Below, in pieces: positions 7,537 through 15,664 of a DNA stretch of 32,000 nucleotides. The notes beneath the pieces were generated by a model that saw only the letters and a program-made list of their open reading frames with translations, did not search any database and was not told the DNA's origin. This stretch comes from Candidatus Omnitrophota bacterium (GTDB taxonomy: Bacteria > Omnitrophota > Gorgyraeia > 2-01-FULL-45-10). Position 1 is the first letter of the stretch, and the number at the start of each line of letters is the position of its first letter. The stretch spans positions 1-32,000 of the forward strand of contig JAMWCX010000004.1 in NCBI GenBank assembly GCA_023818895.1, written 5' to 3'. The position numbers and the translations under genes were made by a program.

Positions 7537-8115
7537 CTAAGATCTTACTTCCGCATACGCCCGCTCTATCGCCTTTATATTGCCCTCGACGACGCCGGGC
7601 TTATTCTTGAATTTCTTTTCGAGCTTCTTCCTCGTGTCCTCGAGCATCTCTTTAAAATCAAGTATGCCGGTCGCTTTCACAAACGCTCCCAGCATTGGCG
7701 TATTTGGTATCTCTCTGCCGATCGTCTCCTTGGATATACCCGAGGCATCTACCGCAAAGACCTTTATTCCACCTGCAATACCAAGCTCTTTTTTTATTTC
7801 AGAAGGACACTTACCGCTATTTATTATGAGGATACCGTCATCAGGCATACCTTCGGTCACGTCCACAGATGCGACCAATGTCGGATCGAGGACTATAACA
7901 ATGCTTGGATTGGCAACCCCTGAATGCAAAAGTATCGGCTTGGAGGAGATGCGGTTAAAAGAGGTGACCGGAGCGCCCATTCTTTCGGGACCATATTCCG
8001 GAAAGGCTTGTATATACTTACCTGACGCCAACGCGGCATCGGCAAATAAAAGTGCGGCCGTCTTCGCTCCCTGGCCACCCCTTCCATGCCAGCGGATTTC
8101 TATGATATCTTTCAT
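7537..8115 (-). CDS. porG: Pyruvate:ferredoxin oxidoreductase gamma subunit
   Basis: 192-aa ORF. The opening IRWHGRGGQGAKTAA is the hallmark start of the gamma subunit family. Confidence 0.9.
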   Translation of the reverse strand: MKDIIEIRWHGRGGQGAKTAALLFADAALASGKYIQAFPEYGPERMGAPVTSFNRISSKPILLHSGVANPSIVIVLDPTLVASVDVTEGMPDDGILIINSGKCPSEIKKELGIAGGIKVFAVDASGISKETIGREIPNTPMLGAFVKATGILDFKEMLEDTRKKLEKKFKNKPGVVEGNIKAIERAYAEVRS

Positions 8116-8131
8116 TTATAAACTATTGAAC

Positions 8132-8932
8132 CTATAAGGTCTCTTTTGTTATCTTGAGAAAATACGCCATAAAGCTTGCTGTAACCACAAGACCCATATA
8201 TCCATTAACGGCGCTTGAGACAGTTATCATGAGAATGCGGCCGGCCTGCATCGGTAACAGCACAGACACAAGCCCCACAAGCAGCCCAACCACAAATCCA
8301 ATAGCGAGCGCTATGAGCACCAGGGCTAATATGAGCAAAATGAGAACAAACACTCTGGAAATCGGCTTTTTCATGAGCTGGAGACTACGCTTCATTGAAG
8401 AAACGACGCCTTTTTCTTCGCAAACTACAGCGTAAGGCGACAATGTAAGAGGAATGAATATTTTCAGCGCGGCCGCTACCACTATTATAAGCGCTATCAC
8501 TATCGCTATGCCGGTAACAACGGCGTTATTCAACGGAGCGGTAACAGCTACAATTATTCCCGCTATAACAGCCACTATAGCAAGAATAAGAACGATGAGA
8601 ACACCGACACCAAGCAGTCGAAGATAATACTTAGCTCCATATTGAGGCATTACGCTAAGTCTCATCTTGCCTTCTTTAAAACTATCCCTCACGAGGCCCA
8701 GCGTACCGCCCTGGATAAAGATGCTTACTAATATGAACGCTATACTAAATAATAGAGCCGGTGCCGCCATAGCTGGTGGAATGACCGCCGGAGCGCCTGC
8801 CGCCGGCGTCATAGGCGCAAAAGGAATACTCAAAAGGTTACCTATCCAATTAAAAAGAAATAAAACCAAAACAAGCCCCATGCTTTTGGTTGCCACCCCG
8901 AAGCCTTTCCTGATCGCTTCGATCACTCCCAT
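8132..8932 (-). CDS. Polytopic membrane protein, function unknown
   Basis: 266-aa ORF with about 6 long hydrophobic segments. A strong SD (AAAAGGAGGG) precedes the ATG. I recognise no family signature. Confidence 0.6.
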   Translation of the reverse strand: MGVIEAIRKGFGVATKSMGLVLVLFLFNWIGNLLSIPFAPMTPAAGAPAVIPPAMAAPALLFSIAFILVSIFIQGGTLGLVRDSFKEGKMRLSVMPQYGAKYYLRLLGVGVLIVLILAIVAVIAGIIVAVTAPLNNAVVTGIAIVIALIIVVAAALKIFIPLTLSPYAVVCEEKGVVSSMKRSLQLMKKPISRVFVLILLILALVLIALAIGFVVGLLVGLVSVLLPMQAGRILMITVSSAVNGYMGLVVTASFMAYFLKITKETL

Positions 8933-9016
8933 AACGCCCTCCTTTTATCTTCGGCCCCACTCATCATACCATTCTCTCAACCCACTAAGTCATCTTTATG
9001 CTCGTAATATAAAGGT

Positions 9017-9045
9017 ATTATACCGAAAATGCATATGAGGGTCAA
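9017..9045 (-). promoter_or_regulatory. Sigma70-like promoter for the membrane protein / por unit
   Basis: Minus strand TTGACC (9045..9040), 17-nt spacer, TATAAT (9022..9017). It lies about 85 nt upstream of the 8932 start. Confidence 0.5.
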
Positions 9046-9085
9046 CCCCTATTTACATCTTAGAAATCTTACTTCTACGCAGCGG

Positions 9086-9691
9086 TTAGGCTTTCGCCTC
9101 CCTCCTGCCTTCGAAAGCTTTTATTATCGTCGCCTGATCAGCATACTCTATATCGCCGCCAACTGGGATGCCGTAGGCGACTCTTGTGAGCTTCGCTCCG
9201 GAGTTCTTAAGCACTTTCGTCAGATATAATGATGTCGCCTCACCCTCTGTATTGAAATCTGTAGCGATTATTATTTCTTTGAAACGATTTTTCCTAACTC
9301 TTTCAAGTAGTTCTTTTATTTTTAAGTCGGACGGCCCTATGCCGTCAAGAGGCGAAAGCGAACCCAAAAGAACATGATATAAGCCGTTAAAGTTAGCGGC
9401 TCGTTCTATAGTTATTATGTCATTGGGTTCCTCGACGACGCAAAGGAGAGATTTGTTCCGCGAGGGGTCTTTGCATATTGCGCAGGTCTCTTCGTCGCTC
9501 AGGTTATTGCAAACCTTGCAAAATCTAACGGAGTCTTTTACCTTGATAATAGCCTTGGCGAGTGAGTCGGCCTCTTCCCTTGAGCACTTCAGTATATAAA
9601 AAGCGAGGCGCTGCGCGCTTTTGGGACCTATGCCTGGCATTTTGGCAAATTCCTCTATGAGGGCTTTCATAGAAACGGGGAATCCGTTCAC
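9086..9691 (-). CDS. recR: Recombination protein RecR
   Basis: 201-aa ORF with a GTG start after AGGAAGGTG. It has the HhH motif (MPGIGPKSAQRLAFYIL), a C4 zinc finger (CKVCNNLSDEETCAICKD) and a Toprim region (LCVVEEPNDIITIE). Confidence 0.93.
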   Translation of the reverse strand: MNGFPVSMKALIEEFAKMPGIGPKSAQRLAFYILKCSREEADSLAKAIIKVKDSVRFCKVCNNLSDEETCAICKDPSRNKSLLCVVEEPNDIITIERAANFNGLYHVLLGSLSPLDGIGPSDLKIKELLERVRKNRFKEIIIATDFNTEGEATSLYLTKVLKNSGAKLTRVAYGIPVGGDIEYADQATIIKAFEGRREAKA

Positions 9692-9716
9692 CTGCGCACC
9701 TTCCTAACTTTAAAGC

Positions 9717-11453
9717 TTAAGCGCCATTATTTCCGGCTATCCTGCCGCCGAAAATTTCAAGAGCCGCCTTGATTATCGGATCAGACTCACCGCTTTTTTT
9801 GACAACTTCCGCCGCTTTATTATCGCCGGGATGCTTTGTAAAGCCCTTCCGTGGGCCTTCCTCGGCGCCTGAAGGGTTAATAAGCGTCAGGGCCACCTTC
9901 AGGTCAAGCCCTAAGGCCTTAGATATACTTTCCTCTATGAGATGCCTGTTCTCCGGACTCTCCAATACTTCCTTATGAAACTGACACTCTTTGGGGAAAC
10001 CTATAGAAAGCGTACCAGACTCAAGACTAAGAAGAGAGCCCTCCTCAAGATACGAAGCGATTGATATCTTCCTACCCTTTATATAATTTATGACCTTGTT
10101 CCATGCGCTCAGTATCTCCTCAAGACTTAAGCCGCACTGCGATGGGGTGGCAAGATCTCCTTCGGCATCTATTTTATTATCGGCGGGTCGCAAGGCATAC
10201 CCAGCGGCATCTTTCATCCCTTCATTTTCCAACGAGTGGCGTTCTCCGGGGTTCTGATCCTTCGAATCCGCGCTCTTAATTGCTTGACCAGTCTCTGAGC
10301 GGCGTGTGAAGTAACCCTGTTCTATCTTATCAATACGCTTCAAAATCTCATCTATTGGCAGAATAATGCCCAGTCTGGTAAGCTTTACAAGAGCGGACTC
10401 AAAAGGTATCCTTGGCAGGTTCGTTTTTCGCACAAAATCTAAGGTGGCCGAAAGGGTGTATATGATATAAAGCGTCTCCTCTATCGTGAAACTCTCCGCT
10501 TCCTTCGAATAACGCCCTATCTTATCCGGACCGGCATCTATGAGTGTATTCAGCTCATCTCCAGTCTTGGCTACGACTATGTTCCTGAAATGTTCTATAA
10601 GGTTTAGTATGATCTGGACGACATCCTTGCCGTCGTCGATAAGCTGGTCGATGATCTTTAGCGCTTTCTTCGAATCTCTGTCTTTTATGGCGCCGGACAA
10701 ACCGAATAGAATATCGTCTTCGACGATGCCCAGTATTTTAGCGACATCATCGGCTTCGATTTTTCCCCCGGTTAAGGACGCTATCTGGTCTAACACAACC
10801 TGAGCGTCGCGCAGGCTGCCGTCGCTGTACTTAGATATGAGGCCCAGCGCTTCGTCGTCGGCGTCCATCTTTTCTTCTTTAACGATCATCTTCAGGCTCT
10901 TCATTATGTCTAGGGCCGGGATTCTTTTGAAATCGAACCTCTGGCATCTGGATAATATAGTAGGCGGTACTTTGTGAGGATGGGTTGTAGCGAAAATAAA
11001 TTTCAAATGAGGCGGCGGCTCCTCGAGTATCTTGAGAAGCGCGTTGAAGGCGTCAGCGCTCAGCATGTGCACTTCGTCTATTATGTAAACCTTGAAGCTG
11101 CCCTTAGAAGGCGAAAATTTCGCGTTCTCCCTAAGTGAGCGTACTTCGTCGATGCCTCGATTGGACGCGCCATCTATCTCCAGTATATCAAGGCTGGTGC
11201 CCTGCGTTATCTCCCTACATGAGGGGCAATTGTTGCAGGGTATTGGGGTAGGTCCTTTTTCGCAATTTAAAGCCTTGGCCAGTATCCTGGCGGTCGTCGT
11301 CTTTCCTACGCCGCGCGGGCCGCTAAACAAATAGGCATGCGCCACCCTGGACATCTCTATGGCGTTTTTGAGCGTAGATGTGATATGGCTCTGGCCTATT
11401 ATGTCATCGAAGACTTGGGGTCTGTACTTGCGTGCGAATACTACGTAGGTCAT
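9717..11453 (-). CDS. dnaX: DNA polymerase III subunit gamma/tau
   Basis: 578-aa ORF. It has YRPQVFDDIIGQ, the Walker A motif GPRGVGKTT, the zinc module CNNCPSCREI, and the SRCQRF sensor motif. Confidence 0.93.
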   Translation of the reverse strand: MTYVVFARKYRPQVFDDIIGQSHITSTLKNAIEMSRVAHAYLFSGPRGVGKTTTARILAKALNCEKGPTPIPCNNCPSCREITQGTSLDILEIDGASNRGIDEVRSLRENAKFSPSKGSFKVYIIDEVHMLSADAFNALLKILEEPPPHLKFIFATTHPHKVPPTILSRCQRFDFKRIPALDIMKSLKMIVKEEKMDADDEALGLISKYSDGSLRDAQVVLDQIASLTGGKIEADDVAKILGIVEDDILFGLSGAIKDRDSKKALKIIDQLIDDGKDVVQIILNLIEHFRNIVVAKTGDELNTLIDAGPDKIGRYSKEAESFTIEETLYIIYTLSATLDFVRKTNLPRIPFESALVKLTRLGIILPIDEILKRIDKIEQGYFTRRSETGQAIKSADSKDQNPGERHSLENEGMKDAAGYALRPADNKIDAEGDLATPSQCGLSLEEILSAWNKVINYIKGRKISIASYLEEGSLLSLESGTLSIGFPKECQFHKEVLESPENRHLIEESISKALGLDLKVALTLINPSGAEEGPRKGFTKHPGDNKAAEVVKKSGESDPIIKAALEIFGGRIAGNNGA

Positions 11454-11463
11454 GGCAGAATAT

Positions 11464-11492
11464 AAAATAGCATGATAGGAACTTTAAATCAA
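11464..11492 (-). promoter_or_regulatory. Possible promoter abutting the dnaX start
   Basis: Minus strand TTGATT (11492..11487), 17-nt spacer, TATTTT (11469..11464). Ten nt (ATATTCTGCC) follow before the ATG, with no SD. The -10 box is weak. Confidence 0.3.
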
Positions 11493-11510
11493 TGAGAAAC
11501 TTCGTTAAGG

Positions 11511-12812
11511 TTAATCTTCCGGCGGCACGACAAGTTCCGCAACAATATTGACTCCCGAGGCCACTTCAGGGATTATGCCTATTCTCTTATATACCGGATG
11601 GACCACCTTACGTATCTCGGGCAATCTTCTGGCAAATATGGCAGCTGCTACAATACAAACCGCACCACCTAAGATAAGAGTGTTTGATGCTCCTATAATA
11701 CCGGCAAGCGTTCCCGCGCCAAGACTTCCCAACGGCGCCATCCCCATGAAGGCCATAGTATAAAGGCTCATGACTCTGCCACGTTTGTCATCATCGACTA
11801 TGGTTTGTAAAATAGTATTTCCAGCCGCATTATGCACAACAAGTCCAAAACCGGCAACCGCCATAAGAACAAGAGAAAACGAAAGGCTGCGTGATATTGA
11901 GAAAAGCATTATGGCAGCGGCAAATACCATAACGGATAGCGGCATCATCCTCCCAAAACCAAGCACACTCTTGCGCGAAGCCATATAGATGGTAGCAAAA
12001 AGTGCTCCTGCTCCCGCCGAAGCCATAAGAAGCCCTAGCGTTTGAGGCCCACCATGCAGTATATCACGCGCGAAGACCGGCATCAGGATGGTATATGACA
12101 TGCCCATAAGGCTCAGAACCGACAGCAAAAAAAGTATTGAACGTATAGGAAGCGATCCGAAGCTGTAGCGTAATCCCTCCTTCAAACCGTCAAGCACGTC
12201 GGCGGTCGCAAGATGTTCTTTCGGAGGCTTCATTTTCATCATTAACAGCGATATGATAACTGCCACGAAGCTCAGTCCATTCAGCAAAAAGCAAATGCCT
12301 TCTCCCGTCATGGCGACGAGGACTCCCGCCACAGACGGTCCTATCAACCTTGCGGAATTGAAGATGAGGGAATTAAGGGCGATGGCATTCGAAAGATTTT
12401 CTTTTCTCTCTACCATCTCCACTATGAACGATTGCCTAACCGGTATATCGAGCGCGTTTATGAAACCGAGAAACGCGCTGAGAATTATAATATGCCAAAC
12501 TCTAACAACGCCGCTAAGCGTAAGCGTGGCGAGAAGAAATGCCTGCAACATGGAAAAAATCTGAGTCATAAGTAAAAGGCGGCGACGATTAAGCCTGTCG
12601 GCGAACACCCCTGCAACCGGACTAAAAAAAGCAGGTATCTGGCTCGAAAAACCGACCACGCCGAGAAGGAACGGCGAGTTCGTTATGCGATAGACAAGCC
12701 AGCCCATCGCAACATGCTGCATCCATGTACCGATTAAAGATATGCCCTGTCCTGCGAAGAATAACCGGAAGTTCCTGTAGCGGAGGGTGTGAAAAATTCC
12801 TGACAATCTCAT
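11511..12812 (-). CDS. MFS transporter (EntS/MFS_3-like)
   Basis: 433-aa ORF with about 12 TM segments. The N-terminus (YRNFRLFFAGQGISLIGTWMQ) and the loop motif (DRLNRRRLL) are typical of this family. Confidence 0.85.
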   Translation of the reverse strand: MRLSGIFHTLRYRNFRLFFAGQGISLIGTWMQHVAMGWLVYRITNSPFLLGVVGFSSQIPAFFSPVAGVFADRLNRRRLLLMTQIFSMLQAFLLATLTLSGVVRVWHIIILSAFLGFINALDIPVRQSFIVEMVERKENLSNAIALNSLIFNSARLIGPSVAGVLVAMTGEGICFLLNGLSFVAVIISLLMMKMKPPKEHLATADVLDGLKEGLRYSFGSLPIRSILFLLSVLSLMGMSYTILMPVFARDILHGGPQTLGLLMASAGAGALFATIYMASRKSVLGFGRMMPLSVMVFAAAIMLFSISRSLSFSLVLMAVAGFGLVVHNAAGNTILQTIVDDDKRGRVMSLYTMAFMGMAPLGSLGAGTLAGIIGASNTLILGGAVCIVAAAIFARRLPEIRKVVHPVYKRIGIIPEVASGVNIVAELVVPPED

Positions 12813-14401
12813 CCGTTGCCAACCTTTATCACCATCGTCGTAATGTCATCGAACTGTGGCTGATCACCGACAAAAAGCGTCACTTGCTCCTGTATCTTAT
12901 CTATAAGGGACTTGGCGTCCAGCGATCGATTGAAAGCCACAACCTCTTCAAGGCGTTCGATCTCGAACTGCTCTCCGTCTTCATCTATGGCCTCAGTAAC
13001 GCCATCCGTGTAAAGGACCAAGCAATCGCCTTTCTTAAATTCCATCTTATTGTCTGTCAGTTTTAAGCCGGATGTTATGCCTAGCGGCACCCCTTGCGCT
13101 TTCAGAAGCACTATGCTGTCAGTCTGGCCGCTTATCAGCAACGGCGGGTTATGCCCGGCGTTGGCGAAGGTGAGCGTCATGGTGCTTGCGTCTATGACGG
13201 CATAGAAGAGCGTAACAAACATGTTCGTCTTCGAATCTTTCAGAATAAGCGAATTGGCGTGATTGATAGCGTCAGCAGGAGAGGTTGTGCCAGAAGCGCT
13301 TGCTCTTACCAGTGTGCGGGAAAGCGCCATGAAAAGAGCGGCGGGAACACCCTTGCCGGAAACATCAGCTATCACGATCCCCCAGCGGTCCGCGTCTATG
13401 GGAATAAAATCGTAAAAGTCTCCTCCGACAACGCGCGCAGGTATACTTATCGCAGCGATATCTATGCCGGGAATCTTCGGCGGCGATTCGGGCAGGAAGC
13501 TCTGCTGGATGCCTTTCGCGATCTCGAGCTCACGCAAGAGACGCTCTTTTTCGGCGGTGGTCCGCTTCAATTCTTCGATATGTCGCTTCAGATCCGATGA
13601 CATCCTATTGAAAAGATGCGCCAGCTGCGCTATCTCATCGGCCCCCTTTATCTTCACCTTATACTCCAGATCGCCCTGTGAGATGCGGCGCGCCCCTTTC
13701 ATCAGCTCCTGCACCTGCCTAGTAACACCTCCTGACACGAGAACGCCGAACATGACGGCGAGCAGCATCCCAAAAGCGAAAACGAAAACAAGTCTGCGGC
13801 GGACTTCCCTCTGCACGCTGTGAACATCCTGCGCCGTCATGTCAACGCCGAGCACGGCGATCGCCTTACCGTCCCTGTCGCGCACCGGCGCGTAGCCGGA
13901 AAGAAATACCCCCCACCGGTCGGCGCCTAATTTCTTATCGGCGGCTGGCCCATAAAATCCTTTCAGCATCTCGGGAAACGGCGATGCGTCATACTCATCA
14001 CCGGGATACGACGGTGGTTCTGTCGGCACTGTGCCGGAGTCGGCGTCTACTACGAACTGGAGTTTCGCCGGCTGGGCGGTCCGCGCCAGAACATACAGGT
14101 ATTTGATCGATGGAATCGCCCTTTTTATCTCCGCAAGCTTTGCGGCTATGGCTTTATATTCGCCGCTTTCCATACCGCTTTTGTTCAGGGGTATAGCCTT
14201 GAGCATTTCGGCGTCGACGCGTAACGCCGCTATCCGCGCGATGGTCATGAGCTTGTCACGCAGTTGTTCGAATTGCGAATCAAGAGCGTATCGGTAGACT
14301 AGGAAATTTGAGGCGCTTCCGGAAAAGAGCATCGCCACTATAAAAAATATAGTGACCTTGACGCGAAAACTCCTGAATACCAGCGGAATCTTTTTGACCA
14401 A
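12809..14401 (-). CDS. Membrane sensor with HAMP domain and PP2C/SpoIIE-type serine phosphatase domain (RsbU-like)
   Basis: 530-aa ORF. The order is TM, an extracytoplasmic domain of about 170 aa, TM, HAMP (ARRISQGDLEYKVKIKGADEIAQLAHLFNRM), a coiled coil, then SpoIIE motifs (GGDFYDF, DVSGKG, LYTDGVTEA). Confidence 0.85.
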   Translation of the reverse strand: MVKKIPLVFRSFRVKVTIFFIVAMLFSGSASNFLVYRYALDSQFEQLRDKLMTIARIAALRVDAEMLKAIPLNKSGMESGEYKAIAAKLAEIKRAIPSIKYLYVLARTAQPAKLQFVVDADSGTVPTEPPSYPGDEYDASPFPEMLKGFYGPAADKKLGADRWGVFLSGYAPVRDRDGKAIAVLGVDMTAQDVHSVQREVRRRLVFVFAFGMLLAVMFGVLVSGGVTRQVQELMKGARRISQGDLEYKVKIKGADEIAQLAHLFNRMSSDLKRHIEELKRTTAEKERLLRELEIAKGIQQSFLPESPPKIPGIDIAAISIPARVVGGDFYDFIPIDADRWGIVIADVSGKGVPAALFMALSRTLVRASASGTTSPADAINHANSLILKDSKTNMFVTLFYAVIDASTMTLTFANAGHNPPLLISGQTDSIVLLKAQGVPLGITSGLKLTDNKMEFKKGDCLVLYTDGVTEAIDEDGEQFEIERLEEVVAFNRSLDAKSLIDKIQEQVTLFVGDQPQFDDITTMVIKVGNG

Positions 14402-14412
14402 GGAAACCTTCC

Positions 14413-14925
14413 CTATTGTTGACGCGGATGTATGACAATCTTGTCTGAAGTAATCTTGGCATTAGGAATTATTATTTTTTTGTTATCGGCGGCCATCAAC
14501 ACTGTATTGAATATCTGTATCTCTTCGACCCTACCGGCCGCCCCGCCTGCCTCGATAGTATCACCGGCCTTGAACGGCTCGAACATTATTATCATAACGC
14601 CGGCCGCGAAATTGGCAAGCGAGCCCTGAAGAGCCAGGCCTACGGCGAGGCCCGCGGCGCCTATTATGGCCACAAATGAGCTCGTCTGAACGCCGAGCTT
14701 GCCGAGCGCGGCGATTATGACGAACGCAAGAATACCGAAATAGACGATGTTTTTCACGAACGAGGCAAGCGTTTTATCCACACCGGCCTTCGCCATGGCC
14801 TTCTCAAGAAAACGCGCAACCATCTTCGCGACCCATTTACCGATTACGAATATGAGAACCGCCGCAACAAAATTTAAGCCATACTGTATCAAATATACTT
14901 GCGCCTTTTCCCACATAGCCTGCAT
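14413..14925 (-). CDS. Small MscS-family mechanosensitive channel (short form)
   Basis: 170-aa ORF. It has three TM helices with the MscS TM3 signature (GAAGLAVGLALQGSLANFAAGVMI) and a beta-domain start (GDTIEAGGAAGRVEEI). It ends before the usual C-terminal alpha/beta domain. Confidence 0.85.
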   Translation of the reverse strand: MQAMWEKAQVYLIQYGLNFVAAVLIFVIGKWVAKMVARFLEKAMAKAGVDKTLASFVKNIVYFGILAFVIIAALGKLGVQTSSFVAIIGAAGLAVGLALQGSLANFAAGVMIIMFEPFKAGDTIEAGGAAGRVEEIQIFNTVLMAADNKKIIIPNAKITSDKIVIHPRQQ

Positions 14926-14951
14926 GTATCCCTCCTTATATTTATTAATCC

Positions 14952-14986
14952 ATAAAAACGGGCAGGAGCTTAACGGCTCCTGCCCG
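14952..14986 (-). terminator. Rho-independent terminator after the PLDc_N miniprotein gene
   Basis: Perfect 11-bp stem CGGGCAGGAGC / GCTCCTGCCCG (14959..14986) with a 6-nt loop. On the minus strand it is followed by TTTTTAT. Confidence 0.6.
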
Positions 14987-15013
14987 ATGCACTGTTATCT
15001 TACGCCATCACGG

Positions 15014-15169
15014 TTATTTTTTCTTGCCCAGGAGGAAATAGAGTACCATGCCCACCACAGGCAGTATGATGACAAGAAGTATCCAGAGCACCTTCTTGCC
15101 GGTATCCATGGCGCTCTTAAGCACATCCACTATTGCGATGATGTCCAATATCAAAACTACAATGCTCAG
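15014..15169 (-). CDS. PLDc_N-type small membrane protein (about 46-51 aa); start codon uncertain
   Basis: The minus-strand frame encodes (L)SIVVLILDIIAIVDVLKSAMDTGKKVLWILLVIILPVVGMVLYFLLGKKK*. This is the two-helix pattern of the cardiolipin-synthase N-terminal-domain miniproteins. It is below the ORF-track cutoff. Candidate starts are CTG at 15169 (5 nt after GGGGAG) or TTG at 15154. Confidence 0.5.
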   Translation of the reverse strand: MSIVVLILDIIAIVDVLKSAMDTGKKVLWILLVIILPVVGMVLYFLLGKKK

Positions 15170-15207
15170 TAAAGCTCCCCTGCGCTCCTCCTTTCTATCA
15201 TATACCT

Positions 15208-15235
15208 ATTATAGTAAATCGGATAAATAATTCAA
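15208..15235 (-). promoter_or_regulatory. Sigma70-like promoter for the PLDc_N miniprotein gene
   Basis: Minus strand TTGAAT (15235..15230), 16-nt spacer, TATAAT (15213..15208). Confidence 0.45.
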
Positions 15236-15277
15236 GAAAAGAATCGGGGCTCATAAGTTTTACTTATAAGCCCCGAT
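15232..15277 (-). terminator. Rho-independent terminator after the KPC-repeat gene
   Basis: 15-bp stem ATCGGGGCTTATAAG / CTTATGAGCCCCGAT with one mismatch (15243..15277). On the minus strand it is followed by TCTTTTCTT. Confidence 0.55.
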
Positions 15278-15302
15278 CTGTTGTAAACAACTATCCTGAT
15301 CT

Positions 15303-15584
15303 TTACTGGCCGCTTATGAGCGTATTCTCATACTGAGTGGCCTTGTCGGTCATCGCGCTTCCGTCTTTTGTATAGGTATAGAGAGGAACCTTTTGGCCGA
15401 GGACGTCTCTCTTATACTCGACGCATATCGGCGCGCACGGCTTCGCGCAAGGAGCGCAAGGTTTCACACACGGCTTGCACGGCTTCGCGCACGAAGAGCA
15501 TGAGCTCGACATGGCCGCATCCGCTATCCCGGCGAACATCGCTGCCACCGCTATAGCAATCACTACGAGTGCTAATTTCTTCAT
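15303..15584 (-). CDS. Small secreted cysteine/proline-repeat protein (93 aa)
   Basis: The likely start is ATG at 15584, preceded by AGAGGAGGG. A signal peptide (MKKLALVVIAIAVAAMFAGIADA) is followed by SSSCSSCAKPCKPCVKPCAPCAKPCAPIC: 8 Cys in about 24 residues, spaced C-x2-3-C with Pro before Cys. The tracked ORF extends to 15653, but that extension lacks an SD. Confidence 0.7.
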   Translation of the reverse strand: MKKLALVVIAIAVAAMFAGIADAAMSSSCSSCAKPCKPCVKPCAPCAKPCAPICVEYKRDVLGQKVPLYTYTKDGSAMTDKATQYENTLISGQ

Positions 15585-15616
15585 GCTACCCTCCTCTTTT
15601 ATATATGAGTACCTCA

Positions 15617-15655
15617 GTTTGCGGCGCAAGGCCTTATCGGTCCTGCGCCGCAAAC
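15617..15655 (-). promoter_or_regulatory. GC-rich intergenic hairpin between the PKD gene and the KPC-repeat gene
   Basis: GTTTGCGGCGCA(GG) pairs with (CC)T-TGCGCCGCAAAC, giving 12-14 bp with one bulge. It starts 10 nt after the PKD stop codon. There is no U-tract on the transcribed (minus) strand. Confidence 0.4.
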
Positions 15656-15664
15656 CTTACACTT

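Noticed and set aside
7580-8137. 185-aa plus-strand ORF antisense to porG
   Set aside because: It is entirely a shadow of a well-supported gene. Its Ser/Pro/Phe-rich low-complexity translation is typical of antisense frames, and it has no start context.
9794-9800. A7 run (GTC AAA AAA AGC) in dnaX, considered as a tau/gamma programmed frameshift site
   Set aside because: It lies only about 28 codons before the natural stop, well after the regions where gamma truncation occurs. A shift there could not produce a gamma-like product.
13094-13823. Two plus-strand ORFs (168 aa and 119 aa) opposite the SpoIIE phosphatase gene
   Set aside because: They are antisense to a gene with unambiguous PP2C motifs. 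They are Arg/Ser-rich with no motifs.
15048-15230. 60-aa plus-strand ORF
   Set aside because: It is antisense to the much better supported PLDc_N miniprotein frame, which has a family-like sequence, a promoter and a terminator on the minus strand.
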